From NCBI RefSeq assembly GCF_036321535.1, contig NC_087447.1:8618001-8682000 (forward strand): a stretch of DNA of 64,000 bases, given 5' to 3'. The notes under the pieces are model-generated. The model had not been told where the DNA came from. It made no database searches and worked only from the letters and a program-made list of their open reading frames with translations. The DNA comes from Camelus dromedarius (taxonomy: Eukaryota). The position numbers and the translations under genes were made by a program. Within the stretch, counting starts at the first letter, position 1; each line of letters starts with the position of its first letter. Of the stretch, positions 49,060 through 64,000 are shown in pieces.

Positions 49060-49554
49060 GTAAGGAACGGCTCGTGGGCCAGGGAGGAGACAGGGAGGTG
49101 GGGGACTGGCAGGGACCAGGACTTCTTCAACAGGTGGGAAGGGAGGGAAGGTTCCAGGGCCCCTGTGTTCCATCTCTCCTCTCTCACTACCATCTCCTTT
49201 CTGGGTTTCTGCGTGTGCCTGGGACTGGTACTTGTTTTACTTAGATCACTATTCCGTGTGGCAACTGAAAACGATTCCACCTTCCTTCCCTAGGCTGCAG
49301 AAATCATTTCCTCCTCTTCTGCCCCCCAGCCCTTTATTTATTCATTAACTGTTTCTAGTGCTTCACACATTGCTGGTCACACACCTCTCTCTGTCGGGTC
49401 ATACCATATTTTACTCTTTTTCGCTTGAAACCAAGCACACAGGCTGTTCCTGTTCACAAGTTGGCAGCCAAATGGGTGTCTGTCTCATTCCCTTGTGTTT
49501 CCCTGTCCCTAGCGGTTTTGTTGAGGGAGGCGGCCTGCAAGGCCTGGGGGCTGA

Positions 49555-50295
<741 letters not shown>

Positions 50296-50464
50296 GGCCA
50301 AGCCGAGCCGAAGGCCGCTGCGGGGGGAGGTGGCCGCCCGCTGAGGCCCACGCAGCCCGGACGGCCGGGCGCCGGGCCCTCGCTGAGTCAATGCTGGGCC
50401 AAGAGCTGGTTCATTCCAGACTTTACGCTCAGTTCGTGAGCTGAGTATTTAGGAGGCATAGAGA

Positions 50465-50670
50465 AGGTCAGCACATTTTTCCTTAAGGGACCGTATAGTA
50501 AATGATCTAGGCTTTGCCGTCCCACGGGATAAAATCGAAGCTATCCTGTGGGTACTTATATAATCATGTAACCCATTTGAAAATGTAAAAATGATTCTTA
50601 ACTCTTGGGCCTTACAAATCAGACTGTAGCCAGAGTTGGCCCGTTGGCTACAGCTAGTCGACCCCTATCC
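50465..50670. mobile_element. MER58-like DNA transposon remnant
   Basis: 'aagggaccgtatagtaaat...aatgtaaaaatgattcttaactct...tttggcccgttggc' style text. Confidence 0.55.
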
Positions 50671-52939
50671 TACACCCTCAAAAGAGCTCTACCGCTAGGG
50701 GTGGCTTCAGTGGGGTTTGAGAATAAGCTGCTGAGGGATGGGAGACGTCTCCTGCCTTTTGTTTAGATGGTGAGGATATGCACGCCTGAGTTAGAATCCA
50801 CCTGTGTCAAAGGAGGGTAGAAATAAATGACTGACCTAGGGTGGAGAAGGATGGTGAAAGCTGCTGTCAGGGACAAGCTTGCATTTTTGCTAGTAAAAAT
50901 ATAACAACAACAACAACAATAATAATACAATAAGGGGTTCCCTCTGCCCCCCTTTGTGTTTATTGTACATCCACTATAACAACATTAAAGGAAAAGGAAG
51001 ATATTTTCATTTTTCATGATCCCTTTCAATTCCCTGTCCACATACCTATTTTTCAGAGTAGTATACATACTTTTGAGTTTATTTTTAAATTAACTGGATG
51101 TAGAAAAGTCTAAATTGCAACAGACTTTACTCCTCACTCTTACTGGTCTTATAACTTTTTTAAATTATAAAAGTAACATACAAATAAAACTGAAGAGGAT
51201 AATATGAAAGTTCCCCTCCTTCTCAAGAGGTAACTGCCTATAGCAAAGTAAATCTTCCTCCATGCAAAGCAAATATTTTCCTTTTTCATTCACTGTATTA
51301 TGGACAATGTTCCATGTTGGTAAATCATAGCCTCCTTAGTTATGTGAAAGGCTGCATAACTTTGCATAGTAGGATGCTCCTTAACTGAGAGTAGCCATAG
51401 CTCTTTGTTGGAACATTTAAGTTGCCTTCCATGTTTGCTCTGGACATCCTTGTTTATTGGTGTATCCTCACATCGTGTGTATTTCCATAGGGTACTTACC
51501 CAGAAGTAGGTGAAAGAGGCAGTACTATACAATTTAAACATTCTTTTATTGGATCTCTAGAATAAATTTAAGAATACATTTGTTATCTAGAATACACTCA
51601 TCACATTGCCGTGAATACTTTGTGCCTTTTGATTTCTGTATTTCCTCAGCATTTATTCATTTGCAAATAATGAGGCCCCACTCTCTCATCATATGATTTA
51701 CATGCATTCTCACTTAATCTCTATCACAATGATTCCAAGAGATGGTTTCACCTTTTCGCAGATAAGAAGTTTGAAGTTCTGAATGGTTTGAAGCTACAAG
51801 TAAGGAGTTGAGTAAGGATTTCAGCCAAACTGCCTAACGCCAAAACTGATGCTCTTCACTCTACCAGGGAGAGGCAGCATAGCATAGCCGCCTGATGAAT
51901 GCACACTGCATGGGTTTGAATCCTAGCTCTGCTGCTTACCAGCTCTGTGACTTTCAGTAAATTATCTCATCTTTCTGTTTCCTGTGACTAATAATAGTTT
52001 CTACATCATATGGATTGCTGTGATGATTAAATATGCATTAACCACATAACAGTCTCTAATGTGTATATTATCATCAGTAACTTATTACTCTGCCTCCTAA
52101 TAAGCATTTAAAGTGAGCTTTAACTTAAGGGACCTAACAGCCTAGGTAGTGGTGGAGAGCTAAGTAATAAACAAGACTACACAGCAGGGGGATAAATGCT
52201 AATGGAGTAAACACTGGAGCTGGGAGATGGAGAGGGGGTGGTCAAGGCAGGCTTCCCTTAGAAAACAAACCTGGAGTCCAGCCCCCAAAATGGGAGTTAT
52301 GCAAGCCCACAGAAGAGGTGGGACATCCCAGACAGGTACATACAAAGGCCCTGAAGAGGGAGAGGGCCTATTTTGCAATCTGCACAGATTACCCTGAAGT
52401 GGTGGGAGATGAACTCCGCACTAACATTTACACAATATAGTCGTCTTGCTAGGCATCTAAGGCTGGTGCTATTGTTATCCTCACTTTACAGATGGGACAT
52501 TAACAAAAAAAAGTGTAGGAGGAAGCCAGACTACCAGCATTTAAGTATCCTCCTGGGTGACTGGGATGTCATGGAGAAGTTTTAATCAGAGAGGTGATGA
52601 CAGGATCAGATACTGTGTTTTGCAAAGATTCCTTTGGCAGTGAGGGGGAGGATGGCTCAATTCTCCGGAAAGGCTGAGCAGGTCAGAGTGCTCACAGTTC
52701 TAAGGCTCCTGATAAACATCGTTAAATAACTTTCCAACCGGTTGCGCTAAGGGGCCATACCGCCAGATGGCTTCATTCTGACATGGGTTTTAGGGTGGCA
52801 TCATCCTTCTTCTTCATCGCCGCCGGGCGCCCCGGCTTGGGGTCGGGGGAGGTCTCCTCCCCGCCTGTGACCCCACGCGAGGCTGCCCGGGTCCGCGTGG
52901 GGTCGGGACAGAGGGGCCAGGCTTGTGTTTTATGGCTCT

Positions 52940-53045
52940 CGGCGGCACCCGTCCACGTCCGCTTCCACGTGACCCAAACAGTTTCGGCCACTTCCGCTTC
53001 CCCTAGGCTTTCTTCTCCGCGGTGTCCGCGGCGGATCCGGAGCGG
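52940..53045 (+). promoter_or_regulatory. UBXN1 CpG promoter and non-coding exon 1
   Basis: E-box ccacgtgac ~52966-52974; tandem ETS cacttccgcttcc ~52990-53002; donor cgg|gtgagt at 53045/53046. Confidence 0.7.
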
Positions 53046-53174
53046 GTGAGTCAGGGAGCGCCGGGCCCGGGCCGTCGGGGGCAGGATTGCGTGCGGGCCG
53101 GGGGCACCCCGCGCTGACCCCCTCCGCTCTCCTTGCCACCCCCAGGTCCCCGCGGAAGCGGCGGTGGCGGCGTC

Positions 53175-55521
53175 ATGGCGGAGCTGACGGCTCTGGAGAG
53201 CCTCATCGAGATGGGCTTCCCCAGGGGACGCGCGTAAGGGAGCCCCCTAACCCCGGGGGACCTGTCCAGGCCTTTACCCTAGCCTGGCCTCAGGTTCTAC
53301 GCCCCAGCCTGACCATCGCCATGGCTCGTGGGCGCTATTCACGGTGTTTCTGCCCCCAGGGAGAAGGCTTTGACCCTCACAGGGAACCAGGGTATCGAGG
53401 CTGCGATGGACTGGTGAGCGCTCAGACCGAGTGGCAGGGGACTGGGGACTGCTAGTAGGGGCAGCCTCAACTTTAACCTCTCTCCTGACTTTCCTTGCTA
53501 GGTTGATGGAGCACGAAGACGACCCCGATGTGGACGAGCCACTAGCGACCCCCCTTGGACATATCTTGGGACGGGAACCCACCCCCTCGGAGCCAGGTGG
53601 CCCTGAAGGTCCTGACTGAGGGACACAGTGTGATTATTCAGGAGGGCCTGAGGAGGAGGTTAAACGGGTAATAATACTGACTGCTTGTTTGTAGGACCAG
53701 GGCCTACTGCGGGAGAAGGCAAACCCGTTTTGAGTGAAGAGGAGAGACAGGAACAGACTAAGAGGTATAAGAAACCATCTCACATTTCTGAGGGTCACGT
53801 TCCACCTCTCCTCAGTACACAAGTCTGATCAAAGAACCTGCAACTTTCCACATTCCCTCTGCCTTTTTTCTTGGTGTTACTTTGGTTTTTTTAATTTGTT
53901 TGGGGACCATGTTCCCTGATTTTGTTTTTTGAGTCCCTTGTTACAAACTCACCTTCCCAATTTATGTCCATTTCTCTTGAACTCTTTCCTTTCTGCAAAA
54001 CAGGATGTTGGAGTTGGTGGCCCAAAAGCAGCGGGAGCGTGAAGAAAGAGAGGAGCGGGAGGCATTGGAACGGGAACGACAGCGCAGGAGACAAGGGCAA
54101 GAGTTGACAGTTGCCCGACAGCGGCTACAGGAAGATGAGATGCGCCGGGCTGCTGAGGAGCGGAGGAGGGAAAAGGCTGAAGAGTTAGCAGCCAGGTCTG
54201 CATGCTGGGAGTGTTGGCTGAGAGATGAGAAAGGAGTCAGGATTTACATTGTCAATGTCTGACCTACTTTCTTCCTGTCTGCGTTCCAGACAAAGAGTCC
54301 GAGAAAAGATTGAGAGGGACAAAGCAGAGAGAGCCAAGAAGGTAGGTTATGGAGAAGAGACTGGGCGTAATGAAGTAGGTGGGCTCGTAAATCCCCATCT
54401 GTAGCTGCAGAGGGAAAGGATGGGCTTAGCGTCTGATGGTTTCACTTTTGTCTTCCAGTATGGTGGTACTGTGGGTCCTCAGCCGTCCCCACCAGCAACA
54501 GAGCCAGGTCCTGTTCCCTCCTCTCCCAGCCAGGAGCCTCCCACGAAGCGGGAGTATGACCAGTGTCGCATACAGGTACTGATTCTGATTCCTGTCTCGT
54601 TCCTGGGACCCCTTTGTTGGCATATAAGGCACCCCATCCAGAGCTTTTTTCAGTTATGTTCCCTTTGCCAAACCTCTCCCTTCTTCGTAAATGACTTTTG
54701 AAATCCTACCTCTTCTGCTCTTAGGAAAGATACCCAATTTCACTTGCCCCAGTCTCATTTAAATCCATACCGCTCTCTCAGCAGTTGCCATTTTACTTGT
54801 TCGTAATGTTTTCATTTGGTTTATTATACAGCTGTTTGCATGATGGAATGTCTATCCAGATATTTTGTATGGTTTTGTCCCTGTTTACCTTAAATTGTGA
54901 GGGAGCCAGGGGCCTCTCTCTTCAATGTTCAGTAAAGCCAAGCACAAATGGTTGTTCATTAGATCCTTTAAATAATAATTATGCTGGTTCAGTCTCTCTG
55001 AGAGGAAGGAGAAGCCAACTTTTCTCTTCTTTTCGTTACTAAGGCACCTCACTCAGTTTTGACGCTCATAATACTGGATCTCTCCCTTGCCCTCTAGGTC
55101 AGGCTGCCAGATGGGACTTCACTGACCCAGACGTTCCGGGCTCGGGAACAGCTGGCAGCAGTGAGGCTCTATGTGGAGCTCCACCGTGGGGAGGAGCCAG
55201 GAGGTGGCCAGGATCCTGTGCAGTTGCTCAGTGGCTTCCCCCGGCGGGCCTTCTCAGAGGCTGACATGGAGCGGCCTCTGCAGGAGTTGGGTATGACACG
55301 TGGGATCAGAAACCAGGACTTGGGGAATAGGGGACGTGCCTGAGAAAGGAAGGGTTGCAAAGACAGGACTTGGTGGAGATGGTGGGAGGCCAGGAATTGG
55401 GAGTTGTAGGGAGGGGGAAGGAGCAAAAGGCAAATATCTTTTGGTTCAAACCTGTTTTCTTTCATCTTCAGGACTTGTGCCTTCTGCTGTCCTCATTGTG
55501 GCCAAGAAATGTCCTGGCTGA
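53175..55521 (+). CDS. UBXN1: UBX domain protein 1 / SAKS1 (297 aa): UBA, coiled coil, UBX
   Basis: Exons 53175-53233, 53360-53413, 53502-53608, 53695-53764, 54004-54195, 54290-54341, 54459-54575, 55098-55290 and 55472-55521 total 894 nt. [20 protein letters not shown]...LLSGFPRR...[22 protein letters not shown] at 55588-55593. Confidence 0.97.
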
Positions 55522-55880
55522 GAAGCCTTTATCGCACCATCTTTCTCTGACCTCTCATCTTTGATAAAGCACTGACATCTCCTTCCTAATAAACAGACCC
55601 TCTGAGTTCTATATGTGCCTGACTCCTTCCTGGAAGGCCGGGAGGGACAAAACTGAGGCAGAGGAAGCAGCTAAAGGGAAGGCGTTTAGAATAGACCCTA
55701 TTCCTTATCTTAAATCTCCAGGGGCAACTTGTTCCTAATCTGTGTCTGATTAGTTGCTTGGGAGGCTGAGGGGGAGAGGCACTAGAGTGTGGGGAGTACC
55801 CTGGATAGCACCTGTGGGTAGGGTGGTGCCTCAGTCTGAAATCCTTACTAGCTATGTGCCTTGACTTCTTTTAAGCCTAG

Positions 55881-56009
55881 TTTTTTTTGGGGGGGGGGAG
55901 TTAGGTTTTCTTATTTATGTATTTATTTTTTGGAGGAGGTACCTGGGATTTGAACCCAGGACCTTGTGCATGCTAAGCATGTGCTCTTCCGCTTGAGCTA
56001 TAGCCTTCC
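55881..56009 (-). mobile_element. Vic-1-type SINE with 12-bp target-site duplication
   Basis: tRNA-Ala head and tail; TSD taagcctagttt at 55872-55883 and 56013-56024. Confidence 0.9.
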
Positions 56010-57698
56010 TGCTAAGCCTAGTTTCTTCTTTAGTAAAACCAGGATAATAGTACCTGTTGGGGTTTGGGTGGCAGTGGGTATATAATGCTGATATAATATT
56101 CTTTAGCCCAGTGCCTGGCACCTAATAATCCTCAATAAGTATTGGCTACTCAAAGAGTAATTTTTTAATGTGGCCATTCACAAACCGACAGGAGCATTGG
56201 TGACCTTCACAACTCTGCATGTCTTTACACTAAAAAGTATTGAGTACTTAATATGGACCACAGTTTTAAGTGCTTTCTGTGTATTAACTGGGATGTGAAG
56301 GCACTAGCTGTAGGTGTAGTCCCATTTTAGAGATTGGGACACCAAAGCTCATGACTTGCCCAAACTGACACAGGTAGCAAGTGGTAGACCCTGGACACAC
56401 ACCTTGGGAGCCTGACTTGGGCTCGGGCTCTGAACTGTCAAGCTCCATCATCGTAGCCCCTCTTGCTAGTGCTGAGCACCTCATCCTAGTGCTCCCTGTA
56501 ACGGATGCTGACCCTTTCCTCTTATACCCAGGTTAGGAAAGAGGCCACAATTAAACTGCAAAGATCACATACGACAAATGTGTTCAGCTTATGACCTTAC
56601 CGTCTGGCAGCTGAAAACTGCATCAGAGCTCCTATCTGGGTTAACACCTGTGTTACCAAGCTTTATTTAGTGTTCTGGCTGTATTTAATCAAAGCAGCTG
56701 CCTCTGACACGTTGTAATCTTGTTTGGGACCACAGGACATAAAACAGACAAAAGGGAAGTGAACTGGTTGACTTGGTTGTGGGGGTGCCACCCCACTGAT
56801 AGCTTTATCAGCGGCATCTCCAGTAGCTCCTATGACAGGATTCAGAGATTGAAAACTACTACAGTGAACACCTTGCAGGAGGAAAACGCCACTGCACTTA
56901 GTGAGAGGCTGTTCCGTGCCAGGCACTGCACTTTACATTCCTAAGTTCACCGTTTTACAGGAACCTTCGTGATAATTACCCTTTACGGAGCAGACCTGGG
57001 GCCCAGAGAGGTTTTAGAACATGCAGGAGTTGAAACAAGATCTGACTGAAGGCCCCACCCCTTTTACTACTCCTAGCATGGTGGCCTCCAAAGGTTAAAT
57101 TTAGGCCATAGAAGGCACTGTGGCACGTGTTAATTGCTAGAAGCCCCCACCTCAACCTCATTCGAAGGACAGGAACCCGAAGTGTCCTCTATGGGCATTT
57201 ATTGCGTAGGAGTTTCCAGGACAGTTATGATTTCAAGAATGTCACTTGGTTATCCCCGAAAGCACACACAAACACAGACCACATGACCTGACTTGTGTTT
57301 TGAAAACGTGGTCGCTCTGCCTATTGGGCTTCAGCCTCACACGGGGGGCGGAGCAGGCGCAAGCCACAGTCATCCTCTCCCGCAGCACCGACCCCCAGAA
57401 CGCTCTAGGCTTTTATGGGCGTCCAACCGAAGGGTTCACTCTCCGGATGGAGGAACATGATTTATTGGTTCCTTCAGTTAGCCACATCCGACGCCCCAGC
57501 CCGCGATGTGGACGTTAAAGCGCAGTCAGTGCAGGGTTTAGGGGGAACGTGCTCACCCGGCGGCATCTCCCCAGGTCCCGGACAGGCCGGCGCATGGCAT
57601 CCGGGTCTGGACTTCCCGCCAGCCCATGCAGGGGAAAGGCAGCCTAGGGCTCCTGCGCTGGAGCGGAGGCCCCAGCGCTCACGGGGGCAGGTCCGGGC

Positions 57699-58058
57699 TC
57701 AGGCTGACCTCCCGCCGCCGGGGCTCATCCAGTTCTTCCTCCAGGCCACGTTCTCTTGCGTGGCCGCTGCCTCCTGCAGAGTGGCCAGCAGTAGCTGTTT
57801 GGTCCTGGCCGCCTCGTCCCTGCGCTGTGGGTCCTGCACCGGCATCTCCTGCGGGCCGGAAGGGAGGTTCGCAGTGCGGGTCCCCAGCCCGCGGTTCTCC
57901 ACCCCCCCACCCCACCTCCGCTTCCCAATTACTCCCACCTTCAGCATCGCCTGCTTCTGCTGCTCTCCCGGGGTCACAAGGACAAAGAGCGCCGAGCCCA
58001 CGCCAGCGCCCGCGCCTAGCACCGCGCCCGCTATCAGCACTTTGCGCAGGGTCCCCAT
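57699..58058 (-). CDS. UQCC3: ubiquinol-cytochrome c reductase complex assembly factor 3 (89 aa)
   Basis: Exons 58058-57939 and 57848-57699: MGTLRKVLIAGAVLGAGAGVGSALFVLVTPGEQQKQAMLK|EMPVQDP...QENVAWRKNWMSPGGGRSA*. AATAAA on - at 57461-57466. Confidence 0.94.
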   Translation of the reverse strand: MGTLRKVLIAGAVLGAGAGVGSALFVLVTPGEQQKQAMLKVGVIGKRRWGGGVENRGLGTRTANLPSGPQEMPVQDPQRRDEAARTKQLLLATLQEAAATQENVAWRKNWMSPGGGRSA

Positions 58059-59248
58059 GGCTGACAGGGCGACCAGCGAAGCGCCCTCCAGCGTCTCCCA
58101 CAGCCTAGCAAGGCGGCCGCAACGTCTCACTGCCCCCAGCGCGGGCTAGAGCGCCCCATACAGGAAACCATAGAGACGGGGCCGGGCTAGAGAGGGCTTG
58201 GCCAGGGAAACGTTTCGAATCTGGAGCACCCGAGTCTTAAGATGAGATTTAGCTGAGAAGGTTAAGCACGTCAAGAGGTGTTGGCACCCAGAGCCGAGCA
58301 CAGGGCCCACTGTCATGAAACCCTGAGTGGGACTGCTCAGGGGAGAGTGCATGTCTTCATGGTTGCTGTGGGTTATACAGTTGCCCAGCTCTGAAAGGTC
58401 TTGATCCACAGAGGGCTAGGGCTGCCCTCTGTAGTTTCCTGCAATAATTTGTGCTTTTCCAGTACAGTCCGTAATGGACTTCCAGGTACTTATAAACATC
58501 CATCTATTGACACCCTTCAGTCCCTTCAACTCCTGAACAAAAACTCAAAGCCAAGTGTACCGGGGGTGGGGGGAAGGGTATATTTATATATTTTCCTTTT
58601 ATCTTACTTGTTAAAAGTAAACATTAGTTTTCTCTTCATGGCATACCCTTGGCATTTTTTTTTTCAACCATGAAAACTAGATTTTGTGTCACATACTGAA
58701 TTCTAGTTTGGAGAAGAAAAAACCTCTTAGCTGTGTGACTCTGGGAAAGTCATTTGAGATCTTTGTGCCTCGCGGTTTCTGCATCAGGAAATGAGACTAT
58801 TAACAGTATCTATCTCTTAGGTTTAGGATAATTAAATAAGTTTATACGTAAAGCATTTAAAACAGTTCCTGCCAAATAGTAAACACCATATTAATATTCA
58901 TTAAATAAGGTAGAAACATGTCAACTTGGGAAATCCAGTAAGCAGAAGAATCGGAAAATTTCAAGTCTGTTATCAAAGCTCTTTACTCACAGGGCTTTAA
59001 TCCAGATGCCCTTAACTCTTACCCCTTCCATCTTTCCCAGTGTCACCAGGGAGAGAGTAGAAATAAAATTCCTATCCCATCTCTGGGGACTGTCCCCTCC
59101 CTTGGAAGGCTCATAATCTCCTAGCATGTCAGCCTCCTCTCTTCACAAGTGATTAAGGGGCCAGGCTCCAAAGAAGATTAAAGGAACAATCTGTGGGGTG
59201 CACTGGGCAGGGGTACTCTACTCCAAGTTCAACCACCCTGCACTCTAA

Positions 59249-62948
<3,700 letters not shown>

Positions 62949-63224
62949 TAGCCCACAGCCTTTCTTTGGGTCTTGGACCTCACTGAGAATCTAAAGAGAC
63001 CTGTGGACTCCCCCACCTCCCCAGGAACATTGTACATTTACATAGTTTTTTGTAAGTAAATTTAAAAGCATGCGCATAAGTGTGCAGTGAACAATTTGAT
63101 GAATTTTCACAAAGACACAAGTGGGATTTTGCATGTAAGTTTTAAGGCCACTCGAGTTTTGGGGAAGAGTTCCCATCCCATCCTTTATACTTATTTAGTA
63201 TAAATACTTCCAGTTTATAATATG

Positions 63225-63960
63225 GCATAATAAATATATTTAGTCTTTGTCTCTGGTTTCTGGCAGAGCTCCTAAAACTCTCAGTATTTCCTGAGTGATA
63301 AGAGTTTTATTTCATAAGGATCCCCTTTTGAGCACACCTAAGTTTATGCTAATGATGACAGGGTGAGGCTGGTCACCAAAAGATAAAGTGATTAGAAGAT
63401 TGGAAAATTAAGCCCCACCCTTGACCTCTTGGAAGGTTGCTGGGTGCGGAGATTAAGCTCTATACAAATTCTTGAACAAGCTCTCCGCATTTGCGAACAG
63501 GTTGGGGTGCTGGGAGGTTGGCTCACCTGGAGATGGCACAGAAACTCCTGGCCCCTTCCCCATGCCTTGCCCTATGCTTCTCTTCCATCTGACTATTCCT
63601 GAGTTGTGTCATTTTAAATAAATCAGTAAATGCAAGTGAATGTTTCCCTGAGTTCTGTGAGCTGCTCTAGGAAATCATCCAGTCTGAGAAGGGGATCATG
63701 AGAACCCTGATTTATGGCCAATCAATCAGAAGTACAGGTGACAACCTGGATTTGTGATTGGTGTCCAAAGTGGAGGAAGCCTTGTGGGACGGTGCCCTTA
63801 ACCTGTGTTATCTGATGCCATCTCCAGGTAGATGGTGTCCAGATGGAGTTAAATTTGTAGGACATCCAGTCAATGTCCACTGAGGATTTGGCAAATTTCT
63901 TAATGTGGGAAACCGACCCCTACTACCACATCTGGTGTCAGAAGTATCAAGAATAAGAGG
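63225..63960 (+). mobile_element. MER21-like LTR in C11orf98/LBHD1 intron, preceded by an L1M fragment (~63040-63220)
   Basis: MER21 text ('gagttctgtgagctgctctag', 'agaagtacaggtgacaacctgg', 'tctgatgccatctccaggtagatggtgtc'); homologous to 2770-3370. Confidence 0.7.
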
Positions 63961-64000
63961 AGAAGAAGAGTATTCTCTCATAACTTTCTACTGTATACTA

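Noticed and set aside
58059-58130. 24-aa N-terminal extension of UQCC3 shown in the ORF track
   Set aside because: Starts at GTG, not ATG; orthology begins at ATG 58058.
57415-58149. 244-aa plus-strand ORF antisense to UQCC3
   Set aside because: GC-rich shadow ORF; the recognisable LBHD1 coding sequence starts at 59261.

Overview
Gene-dense mammalian region syntenic with human 11q12.3, in reversed orientation. The species is most likely a camelid, inferred from eight tRNA-Ala(AGC)-derived Vic-1-type SINE copies. Gene order: POLR2G (exons 1-2, -), ZBTB3 (+), TTC9C (-), HNRNPUL2 (+, several exons hidden by N-runs), GNG3 (-, antisense inside the BSCL2 5' region), BSCL2/seipin (+), LRRN4CL (+), UBXN1 (+), UQCC3 (-), LBHD1 (+, partial), CSKMT/METTL12 (-) with intronic SNORA57, and C11orf98 (+, partial). 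Exons were placed by hand from GT/AG boundaries and frame; the spliced lengths give TTC9C 171 aa, GNG3 75 aa, UBXN1 297 aa, CSKMT 240 aa, UQCC3 89 aa and BSCL2 460/394 aa. Gene names come from my recollection of orthologous proteins and synteny, not a database search. No CRISPR or other prokaryotic system is present. Best leads: (1) a compact TATA + TCT/5'TOP snoRNA-host module at the CSKMT 5' end, where an AATAAA and a GTAAGT donor sit 15 nt apart and could switch output between a snoRNA-only host RNA and CSKMT mRNA; (2) one exon open in two frames, acidic for LBHD1 and basic for C11orf98; (3) a tandem YY1-motif array upstream of BSCL2; (4) six N-runs confined to HNRNPUL2, mostly on exons, with exon-10 length and frame preserved.
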